From: a bacterium
GTDB lineage: Bacteria; SAR324; XYD2-FULL-50-16; G965216635
Length of the DNA: 64,000 bases
Assembly (NCBI GenBank): GCA_965216635.1
Contig: OZ244188.1
Location: 1,088,001-1,152,000 of the forward strand
Direction of reading: 5' to 3'
Part shown: positions 53,059-63,175 of the stretch, one piece after another
Numbering within the stretch: position 1 is the stretch's first letter
Layout: every line of letters begins with the position of its first letter
The notes under the pieces: generated by a model
Databases searched by the model: none
Seen by the model: only the letters and a program-made list of their open reading frames with translations
Told to the model about the DNA's origin: nothing
Translations under genes and position numbers: made by a program

Positions 53059-53814
53059 TTATTGAGCTGTCCAACCCCCATCTACCATCAAAGCTGAACC
53101 TGTGATCAAAGAAGCAGCATCGGAAGCTAAAAACACTACTGGACCCACCAATTCTTCTATTTTTCCAATTCTTCCAAAAGCAATTTTTTGCTTTACTTCC
53201 TTTATAAAATTTTTATCTTCAAACATAGGTTTTGTCATTGGGGTTTCTATAAAAGTAGGGCAGACTGTATTGATACGAATATTGTATTTCCCCCACTCCC
53301 AAGCCATAGCTTTTGTAAAACCTTCTACTGCGTGTTTGGTGGCACAGTAGACACTTCGTAAGGGGGCTCCTACATGACCCATTTGTGAAGAAATATTGAT
53401 AATAGAGCCCGCCTGTTTTTTTTGGATCAATTTTTTTGCTACAGTTCTTGCTATAAAAAAAGCAGATTTGAGATTTAAGTCCACTAAATAATCAAAAGTT
53501 TCTTCCTTCACATCCAAAACCATTGCTAGTTTATTTGTACCAGCATTATTTACTAAAATTTGAAAAGGCTCATTTTTTTCAATAAATTGCACTACCTTTT
53601 TCAAATCCATTACATCCAAAGTATTTATTTTAATAGGAAAACCCTTTTTTTCTGCATCCCTACTTAGTTTTTCTAAATCATTTTTCGTTCTAGCCACAGC
53701 GGTCACAGCCGCTCCAAAACTCGCCAAACCTAAAGCTAAAGAATAACCTATGCCACGGCTAGCACCTGTAACTAAGGCATTCTTCTTTGATAAAGAAAAT
53801 AGAGAACTATACAT
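53059..53814 (-). CDS. hpsO: Short-chain dehydrogenase, probable DHPS 2-dehydrogenase
   Basis: TGASRGIG, NNAG, SSQMGHVG, YCATKHAVEG, CPTFIETP; assignment from recalled similarity to HpsO plus context. Confidence 0.65.
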   Translation of the reverse strand: MYSSLFSLSKKNALVTGASRGIGYSLALGLASFGAAVTAVARTKNDLEKLSRDAEKKGFPIKINTLDVMDLKKVVQFIEKNEPFQILVNNAGTNKLAMVLDVKEETFDYLVDLNLKSAFFIARTVAKKLIQKKQAGSIINISSQMGHVGAPLRSVYCATKHAVEGFTKAMAWEWGKYNIRINTVCPTFIETPMTKPMFEDKNFIKEVKQKIAFGRIGKIEELVGPVVFLASDAASLITGSALMVDGGWTAQ

Positions 53815-53981
53815 TTTAAATTTATTCTTTGGTTTCTAACTAGATCTAGCATATTATCATAAAAACAACCAGAGAATAAGTCTATAGTTTCAAAAACTGG
53901 TTGTTTTACAACTAGATTTTAGTCTTTTTTTCTAGTATTATTCAAGATAATAATGACTTTTTAAGAGACTACTAAATTATC

Positions 53982-54050
53982 TAGACTTTTGAATTTGCCA
54001 AATAGGACAAAACTAGCTGTTTAGCCTATGCAGCGTTGAAAAAAATTTTG
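53982..54050. mobile_element. Partial MITE-like copy (left end)
   Basis: First 46 nt identical to the 11210 copy. Confidence 0.7.
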
Positions 54051-54161
54051 AAGCAGTTTTTTTCAACCTATTGAGAATTAAAAAGAAAATTTTAGAGCTC
54101 GTTCAAAAAGTTTTGACTTTTTTACTAGAATAGGTTAAAAATTCTCCTATAAGTAGGATTA

Positions 54162-54198
54162 GAGAGCTTTGTTAGCGTTCTGTTTAGCCAAAGGTCTC
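54162..54198. mobile_element. Minimal MITE-like remnant flanked by GGATTA
   Basis: gagagcttt..aaaggtctc with a 6-bp ggatta on both sides. Confidence 0.55.
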
Positions 54199-54271
54199 GG
54201 ATTAGAAATCGTTTTTTAGAAATGTAGGGGGATTCTAAAAAATCTTAAACTTTATTATACAAAATAAAATT

Positions 54272-55003
54272 ATGGGTTACATACTTATCGTTGGAGCTAA
54301 AGGAGATATAGCCAAAGCTTTAGCTAATAAATATGCTTCTAAAGGTTATAATCTTTATTTAGCGGCAATAAATTCCAAAGCACTGAAGAATTTTGCTGAT
54401 AACCTTAGTCAGAATCACCAAATAAAAACCAAATGCTTAGATTTAAATATTTTGGATTATTATAAGCATTCAACATTTTATGCATCTCTTAGAGAAAAAC
54501 CAGAAGGGGTGATTTGTGCTGTAGGCTACTTAGGTGAACAAAAAAAAAGCGAAGATGATATTGAAGAAACAATTAAAATTGTATCTACAAATTTTTTAGG
54601 TGTTGTCAATCTTTTCAATATTGTCGCTAAAGATTTTGAAAAAAGAAAACACGGGTTTATTGTCGGTATTAGCTCAGTAGCTGGGGAGAGGGGACGCAAA
54701 AAAAACTACATCTATGGCTCGGCTAAAGCAGCACTTACAGCTTACCTATCGGGACTTAGAAACAGACTCTTTTTTGCTAATGTTCAAGTACTCACAGTAA
54801 AACCCGGTTTTGTGAAAACAAAAATGACAGCTGAATTAAAAGGACCAAAAAGATTTGTAACTGACCCTGAAAAAGTAGCTGCAGCTATTTACAAGGCACA
54901 ACAAAAACAAAAAAACATCCTATATACAAGTTGGGTTTGGAAATGGATTATGTGGGCGGTTAAAATGATTCCCGAAAGTAAATTCAAGAAAATGGATTTT
55001 TAA
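54272..55003 (+). CDS. SDR family oxidoreductase (DprE2-like)
   Basis: IVGAKGDIA, ISSVAGERGR, YGSAKA, VKPGFV.T.MT. Confidence 0.85.
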   Translation: MGYILIVGAKGDIAKALANKYASKGYNLYLAAINSKALKNFADNLSQNHQIKTKCLDLNILDYYKHSTFYASLREKPEGVICAVGYLGEQKKSEDDIEETIKIVSTNFLGVVNLFNIVAKDFEKRKHGFIVGISSVAGERGRKKNYIYGSAKAALTAYLSGLRNRLFFANVQVLTVKPGFVKTKMTAELKGPKRFVTDPEKVAAAIYKAQQKQKNILYTSWVWKWIMWAVKMIPESKFKKMDF

Positions 55004-55004
55004 A

Positions 55005-55925
55005 ATGATAGAAGTTAAAAATTTAGAAAAAAAATTTGGTGATTTTGTGGCTGTAGATAAAATCCATTTTTCCTTAAAATCTGGGGATATACTGGGTTTT
55101 CTAGGTCCCAATGGAGCAGGAAAATCAACAACTATGAAGATGCTTAGTGGCTATCTAACTCCAACAAGTGGCACAGCTTTAGTAAATAACAAAGATATTT
55201 GCAAACAACTAGAAGAAGTAAAAAAAATTATCGGTTACTTACCAGAAACAGTGCCTCTATACAAAGATATGACTGTTCGCGAATTTCTAAGATTTATAGC
55301 AAAAATCAGGCAGCTAATAAACACAGAGTCTAGAATCGATGAAATTCTTAAAATAACATCTTTAGAAGATGTGGCAGAACAAATCATAGGCACTTTGTCT
55401 AAAGGATACCGCCAAAGAGTAGGCTTTGCTCAAGCAATAATACACGACCCGCCTGTTTTAATTTTAGACGAGCCAACTGATGGATTAGATCCCAATCAAA
55501 AAAAAGAAGTGCGAGATATTATTCGGGGTTTAAGCAAAAACAAAGCAATCATTTTATCTACACATATTTTGGAAGAAATGGAAGCTGTTTGTAATCGTGT
55601 AATTATTATCAATGACGGAAAAATAGTGATGAATAGCACGCCTGAGAAATTGCTCCGACAATCTCCTTATTATAACAATATCCACATTTATTTTAAAAAA
55701 TCCCCTCCAGCAGGTTTGCAAAAAAATATTGAAACTATTGTTGGCGTAAAAAAAATAACCGTTTTAAATGATAAAGAATTTAGAATCCAGCCACAAGAAA
55801 AAGAAAATTTGTTTTTTAGAATTATGACTCTTTTAAAAACAAAAAATATAGAAATAGATGGTATTTTTCAACATAGAGGGAAAGCCGAAGAAGTTTTTAG
55901 AGAACTGACTTTGAATCCAAAATAA
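55005..55925 (+). CDS. ABC-2 exporter ATPase (GldA-like)
   Basis: GPNGAGKST, LSKGYRQR, LDEPTDGLDP, STHILEE. Confidence 0.9.
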   Translation: MIEVKNLEKKFGDFVAVDKIHFSLKSGDILGFLGPNGAGKSTTMKMLSGYLTPTSGTALVNNKDICKQLEEVKKIIGYLPETVPLYKDMTVREFLRFIAKIRQLINTESRIDEILKITSLEDVAEQIIGTLSKGYRQRVGFAQAIIHDPPVLILDEPTDGLDPNQKKEVRDIIRGLSKNKAIILSTHILEEMEAVCNRVIIINDGKIVMNSTPEKLLRQSPYYNNIHIYFKKSPPAGLQKNIETIVGVKKITVLNDKEFRIQPQEKENLFFRIMTLLKTKNIEIDGIFQHRGKAEEVFRELTLNPK

Positions 55926-55927
55926 AA

Positions 55928-56656
55928 ATGAAACAAATATATTATATCACCAAACGAGAACTCACAGGCTATTTTTTTTCTCCAATAGCCTATGTCTTTA
56001 TATGTATTTTTTTGCTCGCTAGTATGGCTTCTACCTTTTACCTAGGTAATTTTTTTGCGTCTAGTGAGGCGAGCCTTTCTATTTTTTTTCGTTTTCATCC
56101 TTGGCTCTATTTGTTTCTAATTCCAGCAGTCGGTATGCGGTTATGGGCAGAAGAAAGAAACACAGGAACATTAGAGCTTTTGCTTACTTTACCTATTCGC
56201 ACCATAGATGCCGTTATTGGTAAATTTTTAGCAGGTTGGATTTTTATTGCTTTTTCTTTACTTCTTACTTTTCCGATTGTTTTGACAATAGCCTACCTAG
56301 GCAGCCCCGATTATGGACTTATGCTAACAGGATATCTAGGCAGTCTGCTACTCGCTGGTTGTTATCTAGTCGTTAGTTGCACAACCTCTGCAATGACACA
56401 AAATCAAGTGATCAGTTTCGTAATTAGTGCTATGATTAACTTTCTTTTACTTCTTTTGGGGTGGGGGGTTTTTCAAAAAACTATCACGGGTATATTTTCT
56501 ACCTTTACCTCTGATTTGATAACTTTTATTAGTTATACCAACCATTATGAAACTATCAGTAAGGGCTTAATAGATAGCCGTAGTCTTGTCTATTTTTTTA
56601 GTTTTATCGGCTTTTGTCTTTATTTGAATGTGCTGATTCTTGAGAAAAAAAAATAA
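55928..56656 (+). CDS. ABC-2 permease (GldF-like)
   Basis: REL..YF.SP.AY, MRLWAEER.TGTLELLLTLP, GKFLA. Confidence 0.88.
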   Translation: MKQIYYITKRELTGYFFSPIAYVFICIFLLASMASTFYLGNFFASSEASLSIFFRFHPWLYLFLIPAVGMRLWAEERNTGTLELLLTLPIRTIDAVIGKFLAGWIFIAFSLLLTFPIVLTIAYLGSPDYGLMLTGYLGSLLLAGCYLVVSCTTSAMTQNQVISFVISAMINFLLLLLGWGVFQKTITGIFSTFTSDLITFISYTNHYETISKGLIDSRSLVYFFSFIGFCLYLNVLILEKKK

Positions 56657-56675
56657 GTCGCAAGAAATTCAATCT

Positions 56676-57332
56676 ATGCGCATAATCAAAAAACTTTTAG
56701 AAATTATAGCTCAGCTAAGAAGCAAGGACGGGTGTGCTTGGGATAGAAAACAAACACACGAGAGTCTTTTGCCTCATCTGGAAGAAGAAACTTGGGAGGT
56801 GATGGATGCTGTTAAAAAAAAACTTTATAAAAAAGAATTAAAAGAAGAACTAGCAGATGTTTTATTACTGGTTGTGATGCATTCTCAAATAGCCTCCGAA
56901 GTAAATAATTTTGATTTTTTTGAAGTGGTTGAATACCTCAACCAAAAACTTATTCGCAGACACCCCCATATTTTTAATAAAGATGCAGTTGCTAAAGACT
57001 TTGATATTGAAAAAGAATGGCATAATATCAAAGTAAAAGAGCAAGGAAAAAAATATCACCCATTAGAAAGAGTACCTGCGTCTAGTTCGGCAGCTTACCA
57101 TTTTAAAAAACTCAAATCATTTGAGACAGAAAAGTTTGAAATCAATTTAGATGAATTAACAACACAAATCCAATTTTTAAAAAAAGAAACAGATAAAAAA
57201 AAAATTTCTTTGAGGATAGGAAAAATATTTTACGATTTGGCTTCTTTAAGCGAGCAAAAAGGATTGCCGTGGGAAGAGCTTTTTAAGGACTTCCTCAATA
57301 GTAAAAAAAACAAAATTCTCAAAAACTCCTAA
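56676..57332 (+). CDS. mazG: MazG-family nucleotide pyrophosphohydrolase (second domain degenerate)
   Basis: LR..DGCAWDRKQTHESL, EETWEV, EELADVLL, KLIRRHPHIF; start taken at ATG 56676. Confidence 0.85.
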   Translation: MRIIKKLLEIIAQLRSKDGCAWDRKQTHESLLPHLEEETWEVMDAVKKKLYKKELKEELADVLLLVVMHSQIASEVNNFDFFEVVEYLNQKLIRRHPHIFNKDAVAKDFDIEKEWHNIKVKEQGKKYHPLERVPASSSAAYHFKKLKSFETEKFEINLDELTTQIQFLKKETDKKKISLRIGKIFYDLASLSEQKGLPWEELFKDFLNSKKNKILKNS

Positions 57333-57566
57333 ACATAGCCTATTACCTGAGCCATTATCGGACAAGAGATCTTTTAAATTAGGAAAAAAGGATGGAATCT
57401 ATTCTAGGCTCTGATATTTTTCAAGAAAGAACAGAAGTAGTTTTCAGGGCAGGATGATTTTTTGGTAGTGTTCAATACTTTTTAAACTTCTGCTAACTGG
57501 CAAATTTTTGTATAGTAAGTGAGTTTGAGACCTTTGAACAAATATATTTACCAACAATGGCTGTAA

Positions 57567-57817
57567 TAGACTTTTGAATTTGCCAAATAGAACAAAACTA
57601 GCTGTGACGTCTAGCCAAATGGTTAGAACGGTTGCAAAAAAAAATTTTAGCTCGCTGGAATAGCGTAGTGCCACAATAATGTGACCAGGCACTACAAAAA
57701 TAAGTGTATAGCACAAATGGAATGAAAAAGTGCCAAAAGGCACTTTTTCTATAGCCCATAAAAAGCGTCAAGCAATAAGCTTGGTTTGGCTAAACAAAAC
57801 TCAAATTCAAAAGTCTA
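57567..57817. mobile_element. Long composite MITE-like element (251 bp) with internal hairpin modules
   Basis: tagacttttgaattt...aaattcaaaagtcta; flanks tgtaa/tataa; internal gtagtgcc..ggcactac and aaaaagtgcc-aaaa-ggcacttttt. Confidence 0.8.
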
Positions 57818-57875
57818 TATAATGAGTGATAGAAAAACAGATTAAATTTATGAAAAACTGCTTTTTGATATAGTC

Positions 57876-58742
57876 TTAAAAAGAATCAGGGATAGAAGTG
57901 TCTAAGGTTATTTTTCCCAGCTTGCCACTGCGAAAATCCTTGAGTATTTTTTGATGTAAGTTTGTGAAATTCACCAAAGAAGTTTTTCTTCCAATTTCTG
58001 GCAATAGCTCTTGCCAATCTGTTTCTGTATAGATTGTCGTGCTATCCTTTTCTTTTTTAAAGGCATAAAAATCTAAAATAGCTTCCCGAAATTCTTTACA
58101 TTTCAAAAAAAGATATTCCAAACTCAAAACGTTCAGTTCTTCATTTTCTTGAAGGCTATGGGCTGCATAAATTTTATAAACCTCTTCTTGATTTTCCATA
58201 GTAGGAAGTAATATACCGGGAGTATCTAATATTTCTAATTTGTTTGCTAAAACAACCCATTGGTTATGTCGGGTAATACCGGGTTTACTGCCAGTGTGGG
58301 TTTTATTTTTTCCTATCAAGCAGTTAATCAAAGTAGATTTTCCAGTATTAGGCAAACCGATTACTAAAATTCTAAGTGGAGGGGATTGGATGAAGCGTTT
58401 TTGGTAATAAAGTTGGATCTTTTTTTGCTGTTCTCCAATAAGACGAAAAACTTTTTTTATAGCATTCCTGTTTTTAAGACTCAAAAAAAGAGCAGATTTA
58501 CCTTTTTTTTTGTAATAAGCACACCATTTTTGATTCCAATCAGGGTTTGATAAATCTTCTTTATTAAATAATAGGAGCGATTTTTTTTGTTCTAGCTCTG
58601 CTCTTAAAGGTAAATTTTCTGAGCTATAGGGAACTCTAGCGTCCCTGACCTCTAGGATTAAATCGGTTTTTTTCAAGTATGCTTTGATTTCAGAGACAGC
58701 GTTTTTTATATGTCCGCCATAGTTGTAAAATCTATTTCCCAT
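57876..58742 (-). CDS. rbgA: Ribosome biogenesis GTPase RbgA/YlqF
   Basis: EVRDARVP.SS.N, NKED, GLPNTGKSTLIN, KPGIT, DTPG, DFRSGKLG.ITLD. Confidence 0.9.
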   Translation of the reverse strand: MGNRFYNYGGHIKNAVSEIKAYLKKTDLILEVRDARVPYSSENLPLRAELEQKKSLLLFNKEDLSNPDWNQKWCAYYKKKGKSALFLSLKNRNAIKKVFRLIGEQQKKIQLYYQKRFIQSPPLRILVIGLPNTGKSTLINCLIGKNKTHTGSKPGITRHNQWVVLANKLEILDTPGILLPTMENQEEVYKIYAAHSLQENEELNVLSLEYLFLKCKEFREAILDFYAFKKEKDSTTIYTETDWQELLPEIGRKTSLVNFTNLHQKILKDFRSGKLGKITLDTSIPDSF

Positions 58743-60282
58743 TTTTAGCACAAAATTCTAAGATAACTTCTCTATCGGAAAAAGGAATTTTTTTATTTTT
58801 TATCGTTTGGAATTTTTCGTGTCCTTTACCAGCAACTAAAACTAAGTCTTCTTTTTTTGCTAATTTTAGTGCTAAAAAAATTGCTTTTTTTCTATTTTTT
58901 TCTAGATATAGATTTTTAAAATTTTTAGAAATCCCCTGCTGAATTTCTTTGATAATAGTCATCTCTAATTCATCTCTAGGGTTGTCGCTAGTTAAAACTA
59001 TAGAATCACAAAAGTTTGCCGCAATTTTTCCCATTAACGGTCTTTTTCTTTTATCTCTATTGCCTCCACAGCCAAAAACACAAATAAGTTTCCTTTGTAG
59101 TCTTTTTTGAGGAAAAGTTTTTTTGATGGCTTGTAGTATATTTTGTAAAGCATCTGGAGTGTGGGCGTAGTCTACAAAAACATGTATGCCTGCTTTATTG
59201 GGAATTATTTCAAAACGCCCTGTGACCGTTGCTAAATTTTTTAATGCAGAGGTGATTTCTTTTGCTGAAAATCCTAGTAAATAGCAAGCACAAAAAGAGG
59301 CAAGTGCATTATAAATATTAAAAATCGCTGGTATTTTTAAATGAATGGTAGCTAAAAATTTTCCTTTACTGAAAATTTCAAAAGAGCTTTTGCCACCTAC
59401 TAGGTTTAGAATTTTTGCAAAAAAATCAGCATCTGGATCTTTTATGCTATAGGTATGATTTTTGAGTTTAGCAGTATTGCTTGCTTGTATAAAATCTTTA
59501 CTGTGAACATCATCTTTATTGATAAGAGTTTGTGCGATTTTTTTTTGGGAAGCTAAATTGATAAAATAATTTAGTTTAGAATTTTTATAGTTTTCCCAAG
59601 TTAAATGAAAATCTAGATGGTCTTGAGTAAGATTAGTGAAAATTATAATATCAAACTCTATCGCTGATACTCTTTTGTAGTAGTTACCATGGCTTGTGAT
59701 TTCTATCACGAGATACTCAAGATGATCTTTTTTATCACTACCAAGAATTTGGTAAAGATCTAAGGCAAGTGGAGTGGTAAGACCTGTCTGCACATTTTTT
59801 TCTTTGTGCATTATACCTAAAGTGCCGACAACTGCGGTGTTTTTTTTCAAGCGATTTAAAATATCATCTATAAATTGGCTAGTAGTAGTTTTACCGTTGG
59901 TACCTGTGACTCCGATAATTTTAGTTTTATTAAAAGGATCTTGGAAAAACTTTTTTACAATGAGTGCCATCGCTAAGTGGGCATCACTGACTTGAATCCA
60001 AATAATATGTTTAGGAATTTTTAGTTTGGCTGATTTACTACTCAAGATACAAACAGCTCCTTTTTGGATGGCTTTTTGATAGTTGGGTAAAGGAGATGGA
60101 ATTTTTGCTTCTATAAATTCTTCTTCTTCAATACAAAAAAATAAATTTTTTGTTCTGATTTTTCTATAATCCAAAGCTAGTCCGTGAATTTCTTGATCTT
60201 GAAAATTTACTTTTTTAACAATAATTTTTTGAATAGGTTGGAGTAAGCTGCTGATTTTCATAAAATTTTTCTTGGTAGACAT
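58732..60282 (-). CDS. murE: UDP-MurNAc-Ala-Glu:meso-DAP ligase
   Basis: GVTGTNGKTT, FTNLTQDHLDFH, VDYAHTPDAL, GCGGNRD, DNPR, AGKGHE. Confidence 0.95.
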   Translation of the reverse strand: MSTKKNFMKISSLLQPIQKIIVKKVNFQDQEIHGLALDYRKIRTKNLFFCIEEEEFIEAKIPSPLPNYQKAIQKGAVCILSSKSAKLKIPKHIIWIQVSDAHLAMALIVKKFFQDPFNKTKIIGVTGTNGKTTTSQFIDDILNRLKKNTAVVGTLGIMHKEKNVQTGLTTPLALDLYQILGSDKKDHLEYLVIEITSHGNYYKRVSAIEFDIIIFTNLTQDHLDFHLTWENYKNSKLNYFINLASQKKIAQTLINKDDVHSKDFIQASNTAKLKNHTYSIKDPDADFFAKILNLVGGKSSFEIFSKGKFLATIHLKIPAIFNIYNALASFCACYLLGFSAKEITSALKNLATVTGRFEIIPNKAGIHVFVDYAHTPDALQNILQAIKKTFPQKRLQRKLICVFGCGGNRDKRKRPLMGKIAANFCDSIVLTSDNPRDELEMTIIKEIQQGISKNFKNLYLEKNRKKAIFLALKLAKKEDLVLVAGKGHEKFQTIKNKKIPFSDREVILEFCAKNGK

Positions 60283-60360
60283 AAGGTGGTTTTGTGAAAC
60301 AGAGTCAGAAGAAAAAACTAACTAAACTAAAACATCTAATAGACCTCCTAGCAAAGGTCT

Positions 60361-61722
60361 CTAACTAATTTGGTGTAAAAATTGAGTAGCAAAAACAAAA
60401 ACTAAAAGAAATCCCACCATATCTGTAATGGTCGTCAATAGAGGACCCGAAGCAATAGCTGGATCAATTTTAGCTGACTTCAACAGGATAGGAATAAGAC
60501 TACCCAAACAAACTGCTATGACAGTGTTGCAAGCAAGAGCAGAGCCTACAACCAATCCTAGATAAATATTTTCTTTCCATAAAACAGCAATTAGTGCGAT
60601 GATACAACCTAAAACTATTCCATTCATTATGCCTAATATAGATTCTTTGAAGAGCACTCTAAATATTTCTTTAGGCTGCAACCAGCCTAAAGCGAGTTCT
60701 CTTAAAGTGACGGCAACAGATTGATTGCCCGAACATCCACTCATATCAGATATTATGGGAAGAAATACAGCTAGAGTAATAGCTTGAGCGAGGGTGTCTT
60801 GATAAATAATAATTACACTTGCAGCCATAAAGTTCAGTAAAATATTTATACTGAGCCAAGAAAGTCTTTTAGCAGATCTTAGAGGAATAGGCATAGAATG
60901 AGTTTCTTCGCCTCCCATAATTCCTGTTAATTTCAAAAATTCTTGTTCGGTTTCTCTTTTTAGAAAATGCTCTATAGAATCTCTTTTGATTACTCCTAAA
61001 AGTTTGTTATTTGTATCTACCACAGGAAATGCAAGATAAGGATGAGCATTGAAATAATCTCTTACTTGCTCGGCATTATCGTCTATGGGAATGGTAACGA
61101 TATTTTTATAAACAATGTTTATAAGTGGAGTATTTTTTGAAGAAAAAAATAGTTCTCTTAGAGGTATCACTCCTAATAATTTTTTTTGTTTATCTATAAT
61201 ATAGGTATATTGAACATCATATTTTTTATAAGTTTCTGCATTTTTTTCTAGGTCTATGCGAATATCGTTTGTTGTTTGGTGACTATAGTATTCTAAGTAT
61301 TCTCTAACCATTAAACCACCTGCAGTATTATCTTCATATTTTATGAGTTCTTTTACTTCTGCCCTCATTACCGGGTCAAAGTATTGAATAATTTTATTTA
61401 CTACTTTGGGGTCTAAGGCTCGGAAAGTATCTACTTGTATATCACTGGGGATATACTCTAAAATTTTTGCGGCTTTGCTTCGTTTTAATTTTAGAAGCAC
61501 ATAATCCATAAGGTGATTGTCTAACGCACTGTATAATAATTGTGCAGCTGTTTCTTCTGGAATTGTAGAAAACAGTTTGATTTTATTTTTATTTGAAAGG
61601 TAGCTAATAAAGCAGTGGAGATCTGGTGAGTCGCTCATTCCAATAAAATGAATGAGCTCTTTTACTTGATTAGTTTGTATAAAATCACGAAATTCCTCAA
61701 ATTTCTTTTTTGAAAACTCCAT
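60361..61722 (-). CDS. mgtE: Magnesium transporter MgtE
   Basis: TAGGLM, CBS pair, RLSWL, GCSGNQS, DPAIASGPLLTTITD. Confidence 0.93.
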   Translation of the reverse strand: MEFSKKKFEEFRDFIQTNQVKELIHFIGMSDSPDLHCFISYLSNKNKIKLFSTIPEETAAQLLYSALDNHLMDYVLLKLKRSKAAKILEYIPSDIQVDTFRALDPKVVNKIIQYFDPVMRAEVKELIKYEDNTAGGLMVREYLEYYSHQTTNDIRIDLEKNAETYKKYDVQYTYIIDKQKKLLGVIPLRELFFSSKNTPLINIVYKNIVTIPIDDNAEQVRDYFNAHPYLAFPVVDTNNKLLGVIKRDSIEHFLKRETEQEFLKLTGIMGGEETHSMPIPLRSAKRLSWLSINILLNFMAASVIIIYQDTLAQAITLAVFLPIISDMSGCSGNQSVAVTLRELALGWLQPKEIFRVLFKESILGIMNGIVLGCIIALIAVLWKENIYLGLVVGSALACNTVIAVCLGSLIPILLKSAKIDPAIASGPLLTTITDMVGFLLVFVFATQFLHQIS

Positions 61723-61840
61723 TTGCTACTTTAGTGGGCAAATTTTAGCTTGTATTTTGGACAAAATGAATGTGATCTTTGAATTAGGTATTAGACAAAA
61801 TCTATACTTCTTTTTGCCATTTGTGTTTTTATGAACTATA

Positions 61841-62095
61841 TAGACCTTTGAATTTGCCAAATAGAACAAAACTAGCTGTGACGGCTAGCCAAATGGTTAG
61901 AACAGGTGCGAAAAAATTTTTAGCTCGTAGGAATATCGTAGTGCCATAATAATAGGATCAGGCACTACAAAACTTGCATAATCTAAAAAAGAAACACAAA
62001 AACTCCAGTGGAGCTTTTGCTATAACCCTTATGAAATAGATAGCAGTAAGAGAGAGCATTTCTTCACAAATGGCAAGAGTTAAAAAAAAATTTTA
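61841..62095. mobile_element. Composite MITE-like copy lacking the right TIR
   Basis: First ~130 nt closely match the 57567 copy; caagagttaaaa..ttttaa resumes at ~62074. Confidence 0.7.
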
Positions 62096-62371
62096 AAGAC
62101 TATCCTCTCCACTATCTTCAAAACTATTATCATCTATTGTCAATTCTCTTAAAGCATTCGCTTCCTCTTGGGATTTAATTACTGGTTCAATATAGCCTTT
62201 ACTTATTTCATAAACAGCACAAGAAACTGGTTTTAAGTTGTTTGTGTTCTCAAAAGCAACACTAGAATTTTCATATAAATCTATAGCTCTTTTTGTAGCT
62301 ACCATAATTTTTTCAAAGAGACTGATATCCTTGTTTTTTTTGTAATCTTCTACAAAGTCTAAATAATTCAT
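62093..62371 (-). CDS. rpoZ: RNA polymerase omega subunit
   Basis: S.FE..MVA.KRA..L and KPV..A..EI..G.I motifs; 92 aa. Confidence 0.7.
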   Translation of the reverse strand: MNYLDFVEDYKKNKDISLFEKIMVATKRAIDLYENSSVAFENTNNLKPVSCAVYEISKGYIEPVIKSQEEANALRELTIDDNSFEDSGEDSL

Positions 62372-62385
62372 AATTAGTTTTTATA

Positions 62386-63051
62386 TTAAATAACTTTTAA
62401 AATTTCCCTAACCAAACTTTCTAATCTCCTTCCTCTAAAATCTCTTAGAAGATTTTGAAGGTGAGCCTTAGCTTCCAATGTTCTACCCTGTAGCATCAAA
62501 TTCTGAGCTATCTCAAATATAACATAATCCTCCAAAAAAACCAATTCAGCATTTACAAGAGTATCTACTGCCGATTGATAATCTCCTTGAATCTGATAAA
62601 TATTTGCGATAGACAATGATACTAGCACACTAAAAGTGTTTTGCGAATCTTTAATTTGAAGGTCTATACTTTCTAACCATTCTTGAACTTTTTTATAATC
62701 TTTTTTTTTAATGTAGTAGTTAGCTAGATAATAGCGAGCTAAATCTCCTTGTTTATTTTTAGAATTTTTTACAATAAAAAGCTCCATCATAGAAACTGCT
62801 TCAGAATTACTTTCTTTTGCAAGAAGTATTTCTAATTTATAGAGTGCAGCTGTTCTTTTTTTTTCTTTTTCTTCTAAATAAACCTTAAAACCACTAAATA
62901 AAAGAATAGAAATAATTACTAGTCCACCAAACCAATAAAATAGCTTACGATTTTCAGATGTTATGTTTTTGATTCTCTGGAAAGGAGAAACAGGTTTATT
63001 CTCAGAATTAAGGGGAGTTTCTGGACTAGGTTTTTTAGGTGATTTATTCAT
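62386..63051 (-). CDS. Membrane-anchored TPR protein (YfgM-like)
   Basis: Single N-terminal TM followed by TPR-like helices (ARYYLAN, SIANIYQ.QGDY..A). Confidence 0.6.
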   Translation of the reverse strand: MNKSPKKPSPETPLNSENKPVSPFQRIKNITSENRKLFYWFGGLVIISILLFSGFKVYLEEKEKKRTAALYKLEILLAKESNSEAVSMMELFIVKNSKNKQGDLARYYLANYYIKKKDYKKVQEWLESIDLQIKDSQNTFSVLVSLSIANIYQIQGDYQSAVDTLVNAELVFLEDYVIFEIAQNLMLQGRTLEAKAHLQNLLRDFRGRRLESLVREILKVI

Positions 63052-63072
63052 TGTTTCTTATTAGATAATACT

Positions 63073-63101
63073 ATTCTATACATATCTATTATTTTTGTCA
63101 A
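63073..63101 (-). promoter_or_regulatory. Sigma70 promoter for the YfgM-like/rpoZ genes
   Basis: Minus strand TTGACA-17 nt-TAGAAT with extended -10 TG. Confidence 0.7.
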
Positions 63102-63175
63102 ATAAAAAAGTGTGGGAATAGCTAAAAAAACATACTATTGAAAAATAGACGCTAATTTTGTACTAAATAATGGGC

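Noticed and set aside
57444..57743. 99-aa ORF (likewise 34810..35055)
   Set aside because: Runs through MITE sequence or antisense to suyB; no protein-like features
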